NCBI GenBank assembly: GCA_963693365.1
Contig: CAVNZM010000011.1
Span: 1,720,989-1,784,988 of the forward strand
DNA length: 64,000 nt
From: Amoebidium appalachense
Lineage: Eukaryota; Protista; Ichthyosporea
Reading direction: 5' to 3'
Shown here: piece by piece, positions 33,818 through 62,663 of the stretch
Numbering within the stretch: the stretch's first letter is position 1
Layout: each line of letters begins with the position of its first letter
Program-made: the position numbers and the translations under genes
Notes under the pieces: generated by a model
The model's input: the letters and a program-made list of their open reading frames with translations, nothing else
Told to the model about the DNA's origin: nothing
Databases searched by the model: none

Positions 33818-35413
33818 CGTGTGTGTGTCTGTGTTCGTGTGTGTGTTTGTGTGCAGATGTGTGCATGCGCGTGTTTGCACAAATGTCCGTGTGTGTGCGC
33901 GCGACGGGCACGCTTTTGCACGTTTGTGCAAGTGTCCGTGTACCACAGGTGTGTACGTACCTGTGAATGCGTGGACGCATGTGGTTATTAAGTTAGTGAA
34001 TCATTCCAACCGCAGTGCATGCATGTATAATTATGTTCACACAATCCCATCAAGGAATGCACAAGTACTGATTTGAACCACGAAAAGGACAGCTTCATGT
34101 AGCTACCTTTTTCTTTGTACGCCATAATGCCGTCTGTGTCCAAAAACCGAAATTCACAAGCATGACCAAGAAGTACGAGTAAGCGGTAACGTGTGCTATA
34201 TTGTGTGGAAAATACCATGATGGGTGAGTGTGGTTGTTTGTGTGTGTGTGTAGGTTGGGAGAGAGTGGGTGTTGTATAGAAAGAGTAACAGCCTACGGTA
34301 GGAAGTACACATTCACGACGGACAATTGCAACTCATCACACAGAAAGAGTATGCCTCGTATATATGGGGGGGTGGGGTGGGGTGGGAAAGGCCTAGGAGG
34401 GGAGGGGGAGGAGGGGGTCGTCATGGCCATGGTTGCCCATCCGCTCTGGGCCTGACGTCTCTGGGGCTGTGTAATTATGTGATGACTGGTGCACATGCAA
34501 GTGTGTAAGAAGCACCGTGGGAGGCGGTGGGGAGGTGCACTGTGGCACTTTGTCACAGTAAGCCAACCGTTTTTTGCTTTTCCAGTTAGACTGTGTACAC
34601 GTGCACGTGCAGGTCTGTAGGGTTATTTTCTGTGTGTGTGTGTGCGCACACGTGTGTGTCACGAGTGTGTGTGTGTGTGTGTGTGTACGTGGGTGGTTGA
34701 GAGTAGGTACACATGTCATAATGGTGCACGTGAGTGGTAACCGTGGTGTGTGCCCGGTGTGTTCGCGCACGCACGTGCATGCACTACATCACGGGGCATA
34801 TGTACACACATGGTAGTATCACTGCCACGACGGAGGAGGAATAGCTTAAATTTCTTTGTAGATGGGGTTTTTTGTGTCAATAGACACAGAGATGGGGACT
34901 GGACTTTATATTAAGTAGCTTCAATAGACCAGATTTTTGTCGTGTGTGTGCCTGTGTTTTCTGTAATCTTTTTTTTTTTTTTTTTTTTTTTGGGTGGTTG
35001 GTGGTGGTGTGGGGGGGGGGGGGGGGGGGATCGGGAGATAAAAGGGAAACACATACAACACACACAAGGGAGGGGGGGGGGGGGAAAATCGCGATCGGGA
35101 GATAAAAGGGGAACACACCCACCCACCCACCCACATGCACACACACACCACTCGCGCGCGCGTGCCGGGAGATAGAAGGGGAACACACACACACACACCG
35201 TGACACACGCACACGCACACGCACACGCACACGCGCGCGCGTGCGGGGAGCTAAAAGGGGAACACACACACACAGACACACACACACACACACACAACAC
35301 ATGCGCGCGGGCCCCGCACACACATACACCCATTCACCTCGTCGACAAAACCCAACTCACACACTGCTGCACTTGAACATGGGAGGAGGAGGGAGGGGGG
35401 AGGGGGAGGGGGG

Positions 35414-35450
<37 letters not shown>

Positions 35451-35682
35451 GGGGGGGGGTTGCTAACTGAGTAAACAGGACCAGAACACTAACGAGAAAG
35501 ATTGCATCTAGGACAACCCAAAACCTGGCGACACAGACTTAAGAGGCCACCGTGAGGGCCCAGCAGGGATGGATCGCTCACGAGATTGCAGGGCCAAAAA
35601 AATTGCGGCCAGGAAGGGTGTTGTGGTGTCGAATTGTGTTGGGAAGATGTTCAGATGGTGTAGGTTTCATTCTGAGAGGGCC

Positions 35683-35725
<43 letters not shown>

Positions 35726-35877
35726 TGAATGCGTCATAAAGCACGAAAAAGGGGGGGGTTAAAAAGCGGAACATGGTACGAAGTACAAGAACACGATGAG
35801 AAACACGGTGAAGGCCACAGGCAAAAGCAAACATTCAGGTATGCAACATCAGCAACGTGCGCAGTGTGCAAAAGGAA

Positions 35878-35968
35878 GGAACTCAGGAGACGGGGCTTCT
35901 AGGCCCCCCGTCGATACCTAAGTCGATACTTCCCTGGCTAACATACCACACCAGCTGAAAAGAATGAA
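35878..35968 (+). repeat. ~90-bp direct repeat, second copy at ~36799-36890
   Basis: GGAACTCAGGAGACGGGGCTTCTAGG..CCCCCGTCGATACCTAAGTCGATACTTCCCTGGCTAACATAC.ACACCAGCTGAAAAGAAT is present twice. Confidence 0.85.
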
Positions 35969-36451
35969 GCCCCACGGAAGAAAAGTAGGAAAGCGGTTAA
36001 GAGAGACCGCATGTGCATGGGAGAGAGGATGGTGAGTGAGTAAGAAGAGATAGAGGGAGTGAGGGGAGTGAAGGGGGGAGGGGGGGGAGAGAGATAGAGA
36101 GAGGAGAGAGAGAGAGGGAGGGAGGGAGGGAGAGAGGGAGAGTGGAGAGAGAAAAGGGAGAGAGAGAGAGTGTGTGTGTGTGTTTGAATGTGTGTGCATG
36201 CGCGTGTATGCCATGTTGAGTGTGAAGAGAGAGAAGGAGGGGGGGGGGGGGGGGGGGGCTCCCGTATTGGGGGGGAGCGAGAGAGAGAACGGAGGGAGGA
36301 AGGAGGGAGGGAGGGAGAGGACGGAGGGGAGGGGAGGGGGGGGGGGGAGGGGGGCAGCCGAGGGGGGGAGGGAAGGGGATAAAAGAAGGGAGAATAAGAG
36401 GGAAAGAGAGAGGCCATGTGTGCATGTGAGAGCAGACGGTGCTGAGTGAAA

Positions 36452-36489
<38 letters not shown>

Positions 36490-37078
36490 TGAATGCGTCA
36501 AAAAGTACGAAGTACACAAGAACAAACGGATAACACGATGCAGAATGCAAGCCATACATAAAGAGTATGCATAATAAGCAGAGCCCATCCTCAGGGGGGG
36601 GCCACGTCAACCACAGTACCCGAGTTTCGACCTATTCCCCTCGTTAACGAAACCCAACTCAGATACTGTTTCACTTGAACATGAGTAGGTCACCCGTCTT
36701 GATCAGAGACGAGCAGGGTTGCTTATGCAGGCAAGGGCAGTGGGAAAGGCCGGGGGTTAAAGTTGCAGCAGTAAGCAGAAGCAAGAAAAATATAGATAGG
36801 AACTCAGGAGACGGGGCTTCTAGGAAGCTCCCCCGTCGATACCTAAGTCGATACTTCCCTGGCTAACATACTACACCAGCTGAAAAGAATTAAGTCCCGA
36901 AGGCCGCAGAATTCGCAATCAGAGGGGAAAATATGAGATTTGACCCACGCCGCAGGGTAGTAACACGCTTACTAGGGCGGAACTTTATCGTCTTCGAACG
37001 GAAAGCTATGCCCCCGGATGTCAGCCGGAAATATGGTATCACCCATGGCTTTGGGCTTGAAAAAAGCCAAACCGATAG

Positions 37079-42683
<5,605 letters not shown>

Positions 42684-43470
42684 TAGATGCTTTGTTGTTT
42701 TTTCAGTCTGTCTGCATCACACAAGAATCCAGTGTGGTGCGCAAACAGCCAGTCCAAAGCAAGGAACTTTTTGGTAATCTCCCTAGATCTAGTCAAAATG
42801 TGCAAGGGATGCTTTTCATTGGTATCTTCGACACCTTTCCTGTCACCCCCCAAACTCCTAAATTTGAACCTTTCTGGGGATTAACCGAATTTCACAATGT
42901 CGCTACTTTCTTAAAAGTTTCTTATAATCAAAACGTTGACATAGAATAACAGTAGGACTGCAGGTTCCCCTATTAATAAAAATACAAGCACGACAAAAAA
43001 TAGTAAAGAATTTTTTCTGGTCTGGCAAGGTTTTTTTGGGCAAAAGCAGTGATAAAATGTTGTAGGCAATGATGTACAGACCATACGCCCCACAGTAGGA
43101 AGATTGAGGGAGAACCGACGTGATCCAGCGTACGCTTGGGTACGCGTGCGTGTGTCGCGGAGTCTCAGACGGAGCATAGTTGTATCATGAGTTAGTCGTA
43201 TACGTATATGTACGGGATACACCAACGGTGACCAACCTCGATATATATATCGACGTCATCAGGACACATTACATTACATTACTTGGTGCATGTTGAGTGA
43301 GATCACTGGTAAACTATTGTAGAGCAGCTGCAGGAAGCAGCTGATTTTGGAGAGCTGAGGAAAACATCACATGTTTCACCCGAAAGGACCCCATCTTGTG
43401 TGATCCTGATCCTTTGCTTTTGCAAGCAAGGTGCTGATAACCACACTCGCACTATGGGCTGAGACTAAGG

Positions 43471-52206
<8,736 letters not shown>

Positions 52207-53024
52207 TGGGTCCTGTATATGGTTGCTCTCGCCAGCCAATCAACTGCTGCTTCAAATGGCCCGGACATTTCACCTGCCTTTGTGCTCAGGTTTTTCGCAA
52301 TCTTTTTCTTTCGAACTTTTTTTTATTTTCTTTTTGTTATTGTTGTTGTTGTTGTTGTTGGGGGGGGGGGGGGGGGGGGGGGGATAAGAGTCTTTCGGCC
52401 ATACGTCATATGTTTTGTATATGGATTCGTTGACCGTGGCACGAATGTCAAGCTATGTAGCTAGGCTTAGTTAAGGTTAGGAAGGCCATTTCGGTGCATT
52501 TTTTATCTTGTGCCAGAACTGTCGCTATATACATATGTCATGGTTCTAGCAGATGTACACAGCGGGGTTACTCCTTAAACTGCTTTTAGATTCTAAATGT
52601 CATTTTATTTTTTCCCAGATTTGTAGGGCCTTTTTAAAACTGACTATGTATAAGTGTACTTGGAAGCGTTGGGGCCATGGCCTCATATGTACTGCAAATT
52701 AATATTAATTTTATTATTTTAATATTGAGGGGCATTTGGTATCAGCCTGTAATGATAATCTAAGGACGCGATGTACATGAATGAATTTTCTGTAGATCAC
52801 AAATGTAATAGGAATAAGGAGATATGATTATCGAGTGCTCACCTGTAAGAATAGTATCCGTATGGAATGTATATATATCCACGAGCGGTGCATATTGAAT
52901 AAGACTGGCCAGTACGTGTGTGAGCCCACTCAACAGTACTGCACCTCTTTTACCTCACCATGCACCAATGTCACCTCCTGCTCCTCGTCTTTCCCCCCCC
53001 CCCCCCCCCCCCGTCCCCCTCCAA

Positions 53025-53060
<36 letters not shown>

Positions 53061-53113
53061 CATGCACACTCGCGCGCGCACACACGCACACAAACACACT
53101 CACAAGCGAGCAC

Positions 53114-53163
<50 letters not shown>

Positions 53164-53908
53164 ACGCACTCGCACGCGTGCATACTCAACGTGACACACA
53201 CACACACACACACACACACATCCACAACACACACACACACACACACACACATGCACGCAGCACGCACACAGGCACATACACGCACACACGTGCACACATG
53301 CGCGCGCGCGCGCACACACACACACACACACACAGACAGAAGCTCTTTTTGATCCTCTTTTCTATACTTTCTTTTCGAATCTTACTCTGAGCACGTCCGG
53401 TTTTGTTTTAAGGAGGGGCTTCCTACACATGTACTCCGGTGCATGTATTCTGAACATATATCATCTCGGAAATATTATACCAGAACGATTTGTTTTCCCG
53501 AACCGATGAAGGTTACACTGGTGATGGCTACTTATTTCCGAATAATTAGGATGGGCACATGTGTCCATATGGTCCACAATGCGCGTACACGTGCCGCCTT
53601 ACACTCATAGCTGAATGCTTGATTCTTTGATGTACATGCAACAAAAACATGAAAATATATGCGCATATGCATGGCATACCAGCTAGAGCTAGCCAAATAT
53701 GCCCCGTAACTTCCAGCATATAACTTCGCCCCCTGCTCACTCAGTAATCAACACACCCCTCACCCACCATTCAACCCATGTATTCCATATGAACTGACTC
53801 ACAGACAATGCAGGTTCGGTGTTTCCTTTTATGGACACAGCAAACATTCTTTTCACCGTTGAGTGATATCGGTATCCAGCCTCACACTACATCTCAACCC
53901 TACTCGTA

Positions 53909-54371
53909 CAGTCACCGCGCGTTATAGCGCCCCCACTATACAGCACCCCCCTCAATATAGCGCCCCCCCTTGATGGCGACAATCGACTCCACTATTGAAT
54001 CTATACTTAAAAGGCACCCTATATAGCGCCCCCCACGATATAGCGCATAACACCCCCAGCGGGTGGAACGTATCATATGAACCTATAAGAAAAAGCGATG
54101 CGATATGGCGCCCCCCTTTATCAGGGAGACTCCCAAGATGGTTGTTTTCGATTGAAGATTTGAGGATGTGGGGGCTGTGGTTGTGGTGGTGGTTGGGGGC
54201 TGTGGATGCTTTTTTGGTGTAGGCGGGGTGATGGGGTGGGCAGGGCGGTGAGGGCAGGGTGATTGGGAAAAAAAAGGGGGGGGGGGTTTCTCAGGATTTG
54301 AACATGGTCACATTACTATATAGTGTCCCCCACGACATAACGCCCCCCCCGGTTGTATCGAGCGGTGACTG
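53909..54371. mobile_element. Tc1/mariner-pogo-type MITE
   Basis: TA|CAGTCACCGCGCGTTATAGC ... GTTGTATCGAGCGGTGACTG|TA, with several internal ATATAGCGCCCCCC sub-repeats. Confidence 0.75.
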
Positions 54372-54712
54372 TAATTAGTTGACAGTTTAAGTGTCAGCCA
54401 TGTATGTACATGCTCTCTTGCCCCTTTAACGATAACACACGAGCAAGAAAATCGGAATTCTACGCCTCAACTGTTGAATCATCTATTACTTATATTTTGA
54501 AAATTTGTATAAAAAGACTGGGATATCCCCAAACCAGATAATCATTTTCGGAAAACTACATTATTCGGAAAAAAGGAAATCGATCTCCGAAAAATGCAAG
54601 CAAATAGAAATTAGGTAGTTACATTTCAAGCCATTGACTTGATTGGTCGCTTTCTATGGGCTGGCATCTTCTTTTTCCGAATACTTTTCGAGAAGGTTCT
54701 GCTGAAGCTCCA

Positions 54713-54782
<70 letters not shown>

Positions 54783-55229
54783 ACTTGCGCGTGCATGCAC
54801 GTGCCTGGGTGCGTGTTCTAACGAGAATGTTTGTGTGTGTAGCAATACATGTTTGTGGGTGTGTATGAGGAAAAGGAAGGGCATCAGTAAATGCACATGT
54901 TGGGGGAGGGGAAGGGGGGAGGCATGTGCCAAAGGCACTTGTGCCTTCATGCCCCCCCCCCCCCCCCCCCTTCTACATAGCTTGTTGCTCAAACACTCAC
55001 AAAGAGAAAGTGAGATAATAGAAACACAGAAGCGCACATGCGGGCACGGGGTGGGAGGGAAAAAGGTATTAAGGAGAAAAGAATGTAGGGGGGGGGGGGG
55101 GGGGGGGGGAGAACAGAGAGAGGGAGGGAGGGAGACAGCAAGCAGGGAGGGACGAGAGGGGGGGGGGGGGGGGGGGGGGGAAGGGGGGAGAGGGAGGGGG
55201 GGAGGGGAGGGAGGGAGGGAAGGAGACAG

Positions 55230-55230
55230 G

Positions 55231-55266
<36 letters not shown>

Positions 55267-55548
55267 CAGAGGAGAGAGAGGAGAGAGAGAGGGAGAGGGA
55301 GAGGGAGAGGGAGAGGGAGAGGGAGAGGGAGAGGGAGAGGGAGAAGGAGAGAGAGAGGGAGAGGGAGAGGGAGAGGGAGAGAGAGGGAGGGAGGGAGAGG
55401 GAGAGGGAGAGGGAGAGGGAGAGGGAGAGGGAGAGGGAGAGGGAGAGGGAGAGGGAGAGGGAGAGGGAGAGAGAGAGAAAGAGAGAGAGCGAGAGAAAGA
55501 GAGAGAGAGAGAGAGGGAGGGAGGGAGAGAGAAAGAGAGAGAAGAGAG
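55230..55548. repeat. (GA)n/(GAGAGG)n polypurine satellite; similar tract at 37439-38110
   Basis: Directly visible tandem repeats. Confidence 0.9.
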
Positions 55549-55697
55549 GGTGTGTGTGTGTGTAATCACTGGCCCAACCATGCACACCAAGCAGATGGCT
55601 ACTCACCCTTTTTCAACTTATCCTCTTCGGCTTTTTGGTTTTTGGCAATGTCGACATGAACGACACACCCAACCTGAATGTCGTGGGGGCACATGTG

Positions 55698-55759
<62 letters not shown>

Positions 55760-55914
55760 CATGTGCGTGTGTGTGTGCGTGCGTGTTCATGTATGTGTGC
55801 GCGGCTGCATGAAGAGGGGGGAGGGGGGGGGGAAGAGCCAGAGAATGTAAGGGGGAGCAAAGGGGTTGGGTGAAAGAGGGAGAGGGGGAGGGGGGGAGGG
55901 GAAAAAGAGAGAGG

Positions 55915-55948
<34 letters not shown>

Positions 55949-58674
55949 AAGAAAGGGAGAGAAGCAGGCAGCAGGGGGGGGAGGGGAGGGAGGGCAGAGA
56001 GAGAGAGAGAGTGAGTGCGCATTTGTGTGTGGGTGTGTGCAATTGTTTGTGCTAGTATGCGTGTGTGTGTTCATACGCATGACTAAACACGTGTGCATGC
56101 TAGCATGTGCGGCTTACATAATCTTGCCCCCCCCCCCCCAAAAAAAGAAGAAAAGAAAAAAAATCATTCTCCGAGAAAACATCACACTGCCCTCCTGCGC
56201 TAAAAAGTTCTTCTGGTCAGTTCCTCAGTGTAAACTCCTCACGCTAGTCCCCCCCCCCCCCTCCCCCCGCCCCTTCACTCTTCTCCCCGCTCCCAAAAGC
56301 AACCAAAACCACATGCAAACCCCACCCTCTCTCCTCCCCCCTCTTCAGCATCCACATTGACAACGTTCTTTGAACAATTTCAGGTCACTCCCTCTTACTC
56401 GTTCACTAGCTGACTAGCTGCCCACCCTCTTTTCCCTTTACCCACCAACTATTGCTATTGACCATTAAATCTGTTCGTGTCTCTTTTGTGTGGAGGGATT
56501 GTGTTATAGCCCGGTCTTGTATAGCTCACGTATCTGTTGGTTGTTGTGTGTATGTCGCTAAGTGCGTGCGCGCGCACGCGCGCGTGCGTGTACAGTTTGC
56601 GCGTGTGTTGGCTGGCAAAACGTGCTCTATTGCGGAAAACACACCAAAATTGTATTTTCGTGCCATCTTTTGCGCCCACCCATACACCAGCTATTGTGAA
56701 CCGACACACCTAAGTAAGAGAGTGAGCAGAGACTATGGGGGTGCAAGTGCCTGCATGTTTATATCTGTCTATGGGAGGAGCCCTTGTGTGAGCAACCGAG
56801 GGTTTCCAAAACACACGATAAACTGTATATTTAACTCTCAGGCACAAGGATTTGTGCCCTGTCCTGCAACATGAAGGAAGGAAAAAAGGAAGTTCCATGT
56901 TCTATATTGACCCAGAGACGAGACAAAGAGCAGGATAGGGGGAAAGACGGGGGAGGGGAGGGAGGGTTGGCGTTCACCATATCCCCTGCTCCTGCCCCCT
57001 CCCGTTCTCCTGACACTGCACCGAGGTGTTCTTGTGTACAAATGTACTTTAAATTGTTTTCTTTTTCTTTCTTTCTTTTTTTTTTTTTTTTGGTGGTTCA
57101 AGGGTAGGGCGGGGGGGGGGAGGGGGGGAGGGGGAATGGGGGGGCGGGCGGGCGGGGGGAGGGGGGGGGGGGGGGGGGGGGGGAGGGGGGGGGGGGGGGG
57201 GGGGGGGGGGCATACAGTGGCAACTCCAGAAAGTGGTGGTCGTCTGTGATAAGCGTAGCAAAGCCGGCCTCGATTCTGCTGACCACGAGCTGCACCATCT
57301 TATCGTTTATGTGTTAACCGTGTTGTATTGTAGCAAGGACAGGTGCCGAAAATAGAAAATTGTGCTATATCTTGCACTAAGGACTCGGGACCTTAGCAAT
57401 TGTTGCTGGAGTGCAGTGTATGAATGCGATTTCAGAGACGAAGAAGTCACGGGTGACAGCCTTCGACAAGTTGTACTTCGCAGGAGTGTAGGAAAGGCAC
57501 GCCTTTGTCCAAGCGAGATTACTGTTCTACCCGAGGTAATTACGTCAAACATTAGCAGGTCTGCGAAATCATTACTCTGAAACGTGAAAACTCAACTGAG
57601 CTCCTCGTTCAAAAAAACCATCGCAGTGACGTCATCAATTTGGGCAAACGTTGTCAGGCTTTAGGGAAGGTCAAAACTTGCCAATCAAAGCGCAAGACTT
57701 AGATACCAAATTTTTAACCAGAATTGGTAAAACTGACCAATCAAAACGTGGTGGTGCCCGCTTAGCGAATAAAAATGAATGTAAGGTAATAAACATAAAC
57801 AAATATGGTGTTGAAAACAGTGAAATGATTTGCTAAAGGTCACTTGCAAACGGTGCCAAGAAGAGCTTTGATTGGTTCCTCCGTGAGGGCCAACCCTGGC
57901 TGCTGGGCACGGCCATCTACAACCTGTAGAAACACCGTGCTGCTGGGCCACTGGCCTCACCAGGCCTCACAAGTCACCAGCCTCATGAGAGCCTTAACCT
58001 GCCTGCTGTGCAGCTGCCTCTTGGTGTAACTGGTCTGTGAGTTCTGAAAGTTTTCGTTTCGCTTCTGGCCCTTGATAAGACTTTGCGTTGTCCTTTTCCC
58101 TGGTGCTCGCATAGAATGAGCCAGGTTCACCACTTAGCTATCCTCTTGTACCCATCTTCCAGTGGCACATTCCTTGAAATCCGATCTTTGTTTTCGAGAG
58201 ATCTACTGTCCATCTTTTTTAGGGTCGAGATGCTTTGGGCTGCTGAAACCACAGGGCATCCTAATGCTACCTGACCGAAAAACGACGGTGCCTTCCACGT
58301 GTGTTTATTAGGTCCATACCAAGTGAGTGAAATTTTTGCGCCTTGGACCGCACATTAATTGTCCGTCTGACGGCGGTGCTTACGGCACTGGGAGACGAAG
58401 CCCACGTCCAAAGGTTGAATCCCCGCCCCTTTCCCCCCGCCTTCCCCCCCACCCTCTCCCCCTCCCGTCCACACGAAATCATATAAACACGAACGCACAC
58501 ACACGCACACACACGCACACACACATGCACCCAAACAATTGCAAGCAAGCGCGCACAAACGCGCGCTCCATTTTTTTCACACACACACACACACACACAT
58601 GCACACACACGCACTCACGCACGCACGCGTGCTCGCAGACACACACACACGCACGCACACACACACGCACACAC

Positions 58675-58761
<87 letters not shown>

Positions 58762-59262
58762 CACACACAGTCGCGCCATTTTCCCCTACTTGAGCTTTTG
58801 AACAAGCCAGACTGAAGGCTGAAAAGTCTAGTCTAGAAGTTTCTGCCCGGCTGTTGCCCAACCAGTTGTGGTTCGGGGTAGTCCAAGTTGCCTAGTCTAA
58901 GGAGCATGCACGGGGTTGCTGAGTAGCCGGGAATACAAATCTCCAAAAGTCTCTACACATTAAATGAGAAAGATCTACCTTTGGAATGAAAGCGCAGCAA
59001 AAAACACTGCACACTTGCACGTGCTTCTGTGTAGTGTACATGTAGCACTTTCCTACATACTTGATATACCATAACCATAGCAGCCCGTAGCAGCCCGTTA
59101 AGTGAATAAAGTACATGGAGGCGTGAGCCAACTACCTAAAAAGCTATCCGACAGAAAAGAAAACATAACCGCTGCGTGTAACAGTTGTGTGCGAGTGTGC
59201 TTAGGTGAGTGGAGTTGGGGAGGTTGGGGGGTTAGCAGGCGAGTGTTTTTTTTTTTTTTTTT

Positions 59263-59293
<31 letters not shown>

Positions 59294-59380
59294 GGGAGAG
59301 AAGAAAGAGCCGGGGGGGGGGGGGGGGGAGGGGAGGGGGAGTGGGTTACCAACCCTAAATCTGTTTTTCCTTTCTGACAG

Positions 59381-60890
59381 GTGACACCACTACTTGTGTT
59401 TTCCGCCCTTATGGCTGGGGTCCAGTCACTCACTGTGAGCTACACCATGGGGATGGTAGGCAACTGCAAGTGGGCTGTGGTGGACTGATCTGCGCAAAAC
59501 GGAAGACCGCTGAGTGATAACGATTGGGCTTTGTTGGTTTCTTTGCTCCAATTCGGCGGGATACTCGGGGGGGTCCTTGGGGGACCGTTGTCGAATCGGT
59601 TTGGACCGAAGTTGCTGCAGATTCTCAACGATGGAAATTTCATTTAAGGCGTGGCTTTATTGATGTTTGCGCAGAATTTTGTTATGGCCTGTCTAGGTCG
59701 TTTTTTTATCGGGATAGGTGCAGGGTTGGCATGTGCAGCAATTCCAACGTATATCTCGGATATCTCACCCACACATGTCAGAGGGTCGTTTGGGGTTATC
59801 GACACACTCTATATCAGTACTGGTATCCTACTCGGGTATATCCTAGGCACGGGAAATTTGCTTGGAACCCCCCGTTTGTGGCGGTATCTGTTTGGTTCCC
59901 CACTCATTTTGGGCCTCTTTCACGGGGAATAATTAATTATGATTTCCTCCCGGGTTCCCCGAGGTACCTGGCACAAGTCGGACGGAACGAAAAAGCGGTG
60001 ATGGCTCTAGTCAAGCTGAGGGGTACGATGGATATCAGGACGAAATCTCGTGTTTACCGGGATATGAAAATCACCGAATAATGGATGGTGGGGACGACAG
60101 TGCCGCAGTGACAACGCTTGTAGTTCAGGAACAACCCGGAATTTCAGATCAAAAGGTGGGAAAAGCGGTAACCAATGATATCGACGAAGATAACGAAGTG
60201 CCAAGAAAGAACGATATGCAGTTAGCAAGTTTGTCAAATTTCCAACAGTTGAGATTAAATGTTTACCATGAGTGAGTACAGGCAGCCGATGGTAGCCAGC
60301 GTGGGGCTTCATCTTTTCCAGCAGCTATCCGGATAACGGGGATATCCTTTCATGCAAGCAGGATATTCGAGCAGGCTGGGATAGAAAACGTCGAACTGTG
60401 GACTGTGTTGGTGGGGGCTGTTGGTTTGTTGTCTGCATTTCCCGCCATTCCATTGGTCGAAAAAGCAGGCCGGAAAATGATTTTCCCGGGGTCTTTGCTT
60501 GTGATGGGAATTTCCATGATTTTTTTGAGCATTGGAATAATTTTTAAAGAAACCCAGGCATGGGCAGCCGCATCTGTGGGGTTCACTCTTTTAATTTCCT
60601 CCGTTTTCGCGTTCGGTATTAGCCCTACCCCATGGTTAGTAAGGGCCAAGAAATTTCCTTCCGAAATTTCAGGTGCTGGTGTTGGGTTTAGAGTTTTTTT
60701 TGGACTGTGGGGTCTTTGGTAGGTGTAAGTTTCCCAGCTACCAATAATGCTATGGGCGACTATACGTTTTTTTTTGTATGGAGGGATATGCTTTGCAGGT
60801 GTTGTGTTTGCTTGGTTCTTTGTACCCGAAACTAAAGGGAAAACAAGGAAATAGATCGACGCTTTGTTTAGAGATTATTGGCCACAAAAG
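59381..60890 (+). pseudogene. MFS sugar porter (GLUT/hexose transporter-like), disrupted by multiple stops and frameshifts
   Basis: Motifs GRFFIGIGAG, PTYISDISPTHVRGSFG, PGSPRYL, LVEKAGRK and FVPETKGK are spread across different frames. In-frame stops occur near 59486, 59645, 60272 and 60852. No introns in the body after acceptor CTGACAG at 59380. Confidence 0.8.
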
Positions 60891-61504
60891 CGCTATGTAC
60901 ATACAAATTTAGGGAGTTCTCCATGTTTTTTTGTTTTTTTTGTTCTGTTTTTTAACAATATCTAATCTATAATGATTGACTACCCTGCGTCGGCCATGTG
61001 CACCAAAACTTCCGACACACACACACACACACACACACACTGACATTGCAATAATCCGCATCATGCCGCACGTACCTGTGCACGCACACATCACACACAT
61101 CCCGCATGCATGGACAGGGGTGTACACGCACTCACATGCACACCCATAAACATCCCCACACGCACCATGTGACACAAGCATACAATGTCATACCTACACC
61201 TAATCAATTCACACAATTGCACACACATGCACACACACCGGTTGTTCCCCAGTGGCTCTTTTGTGTAATCGGTGCTTTCCGATTCTACCCTTCAAATCTG
61301 CATTATTTACTTTTTTTTTGTAAACCCGTTAATTTTCAGCAGTGATTGCGACCAATGGTAATATTAATCCTTGCGCGCTTTGTAGCATAATGGCAGCATC
61401 CAAACTGGTGCAACACTGATGGTTCTTTGAAATGGATGAACGTAGTCAAGTGCAAGCTATAAAGTCCATCGAGATTTACTTCTTTTTTCCTCTTTTGTAT
61501 CCCC

Positions 61505-61541
<37 letters not shown>

Positions 61542-62132
61542 ACACACACACACACGCACGCACGCACGCACACACGCACGCACGCACGCACGCACACTAC
61601 AAACGATCGGTTTTGAGGGCTGCAGTCTAGACAATAAACACCAATGGTTACACATGGCCATCGCCTGATGCAGCCGAGGCGGTAGCCGTTTGTACATTAA
61701 CACAAACGCGCACACATTACCTTAGGGCATTCAACATGCATAATTTTTGTTTTTTTAAATAAAATTCACATATACATATGTGCAATGAGGCTGCATCCAT
61801 ATATAGCCTTCCAATGTTTTTATTATCCGAGGTGCCTATCTGGCATAACCCAAATACTTCAGTTAACACACAGTGACATGAATTTTGTCTTCATCTAAGG
61901 GCCTAGTTCCACGTGCACTATGATTCACATACATTCACGCCACACTGTAACGATTCTGTTACCAAATTACACTAGCAGATGTACATCATTCCACATCTTG
62001 CCTTATGATCTATCGGGCCGTTAAAACTATCAGCATACAAAACATAGTTCCACTTCAGACTTTTCATAATACATTTGACTTCACTTATACGTACATCGGG
62101 CTCTTACATGCTTTCAGGATTACTTCTTTGTT

Positions 62133-62177
<45 letters not shown>

Positions 62178-62281
62178 CACCACCATCACCCAATCCCCAA
62201 TGACCACCCGACCACCCGATCACACACACATACGCATGCTCGCATACACGCATGCACGCCCGCACGAACACACACACCTAC

Positions 62282-62632
62282 CAGAGAATATCGGCACGAG
62301 ACACACAATGGCAACCACCATCAAACCCATACACTGCTTCCAGCACCTTCCCTGCTGCATCATTGGTCCTTCTTTGCTGTGCCGTTTGCCGTTTCCTGTT
62401 TCTGATTCGCTGACAGGGCACCCTGTTGGTTGGGGTGAAGGAAGGAGTGTCAGAGGGGGATCAATGGGTAGTGCGTCGTGCCTATGGCTTTCCTCACTTT
62501 CATTCCGACCCAAGTCCTTTTCTTGTGTTTCCTGTCGTGTACTTGTGTGTGTGAGTCTCAGTGCCAGTGTGTGCGTGTGGAAGCCTTAGGGAAGGGAAGG
62601 GAAGGGGGGCGGTGGTGGTAATTGGGGTGGGG

Positions 62633-62663
<31 letters not shown>

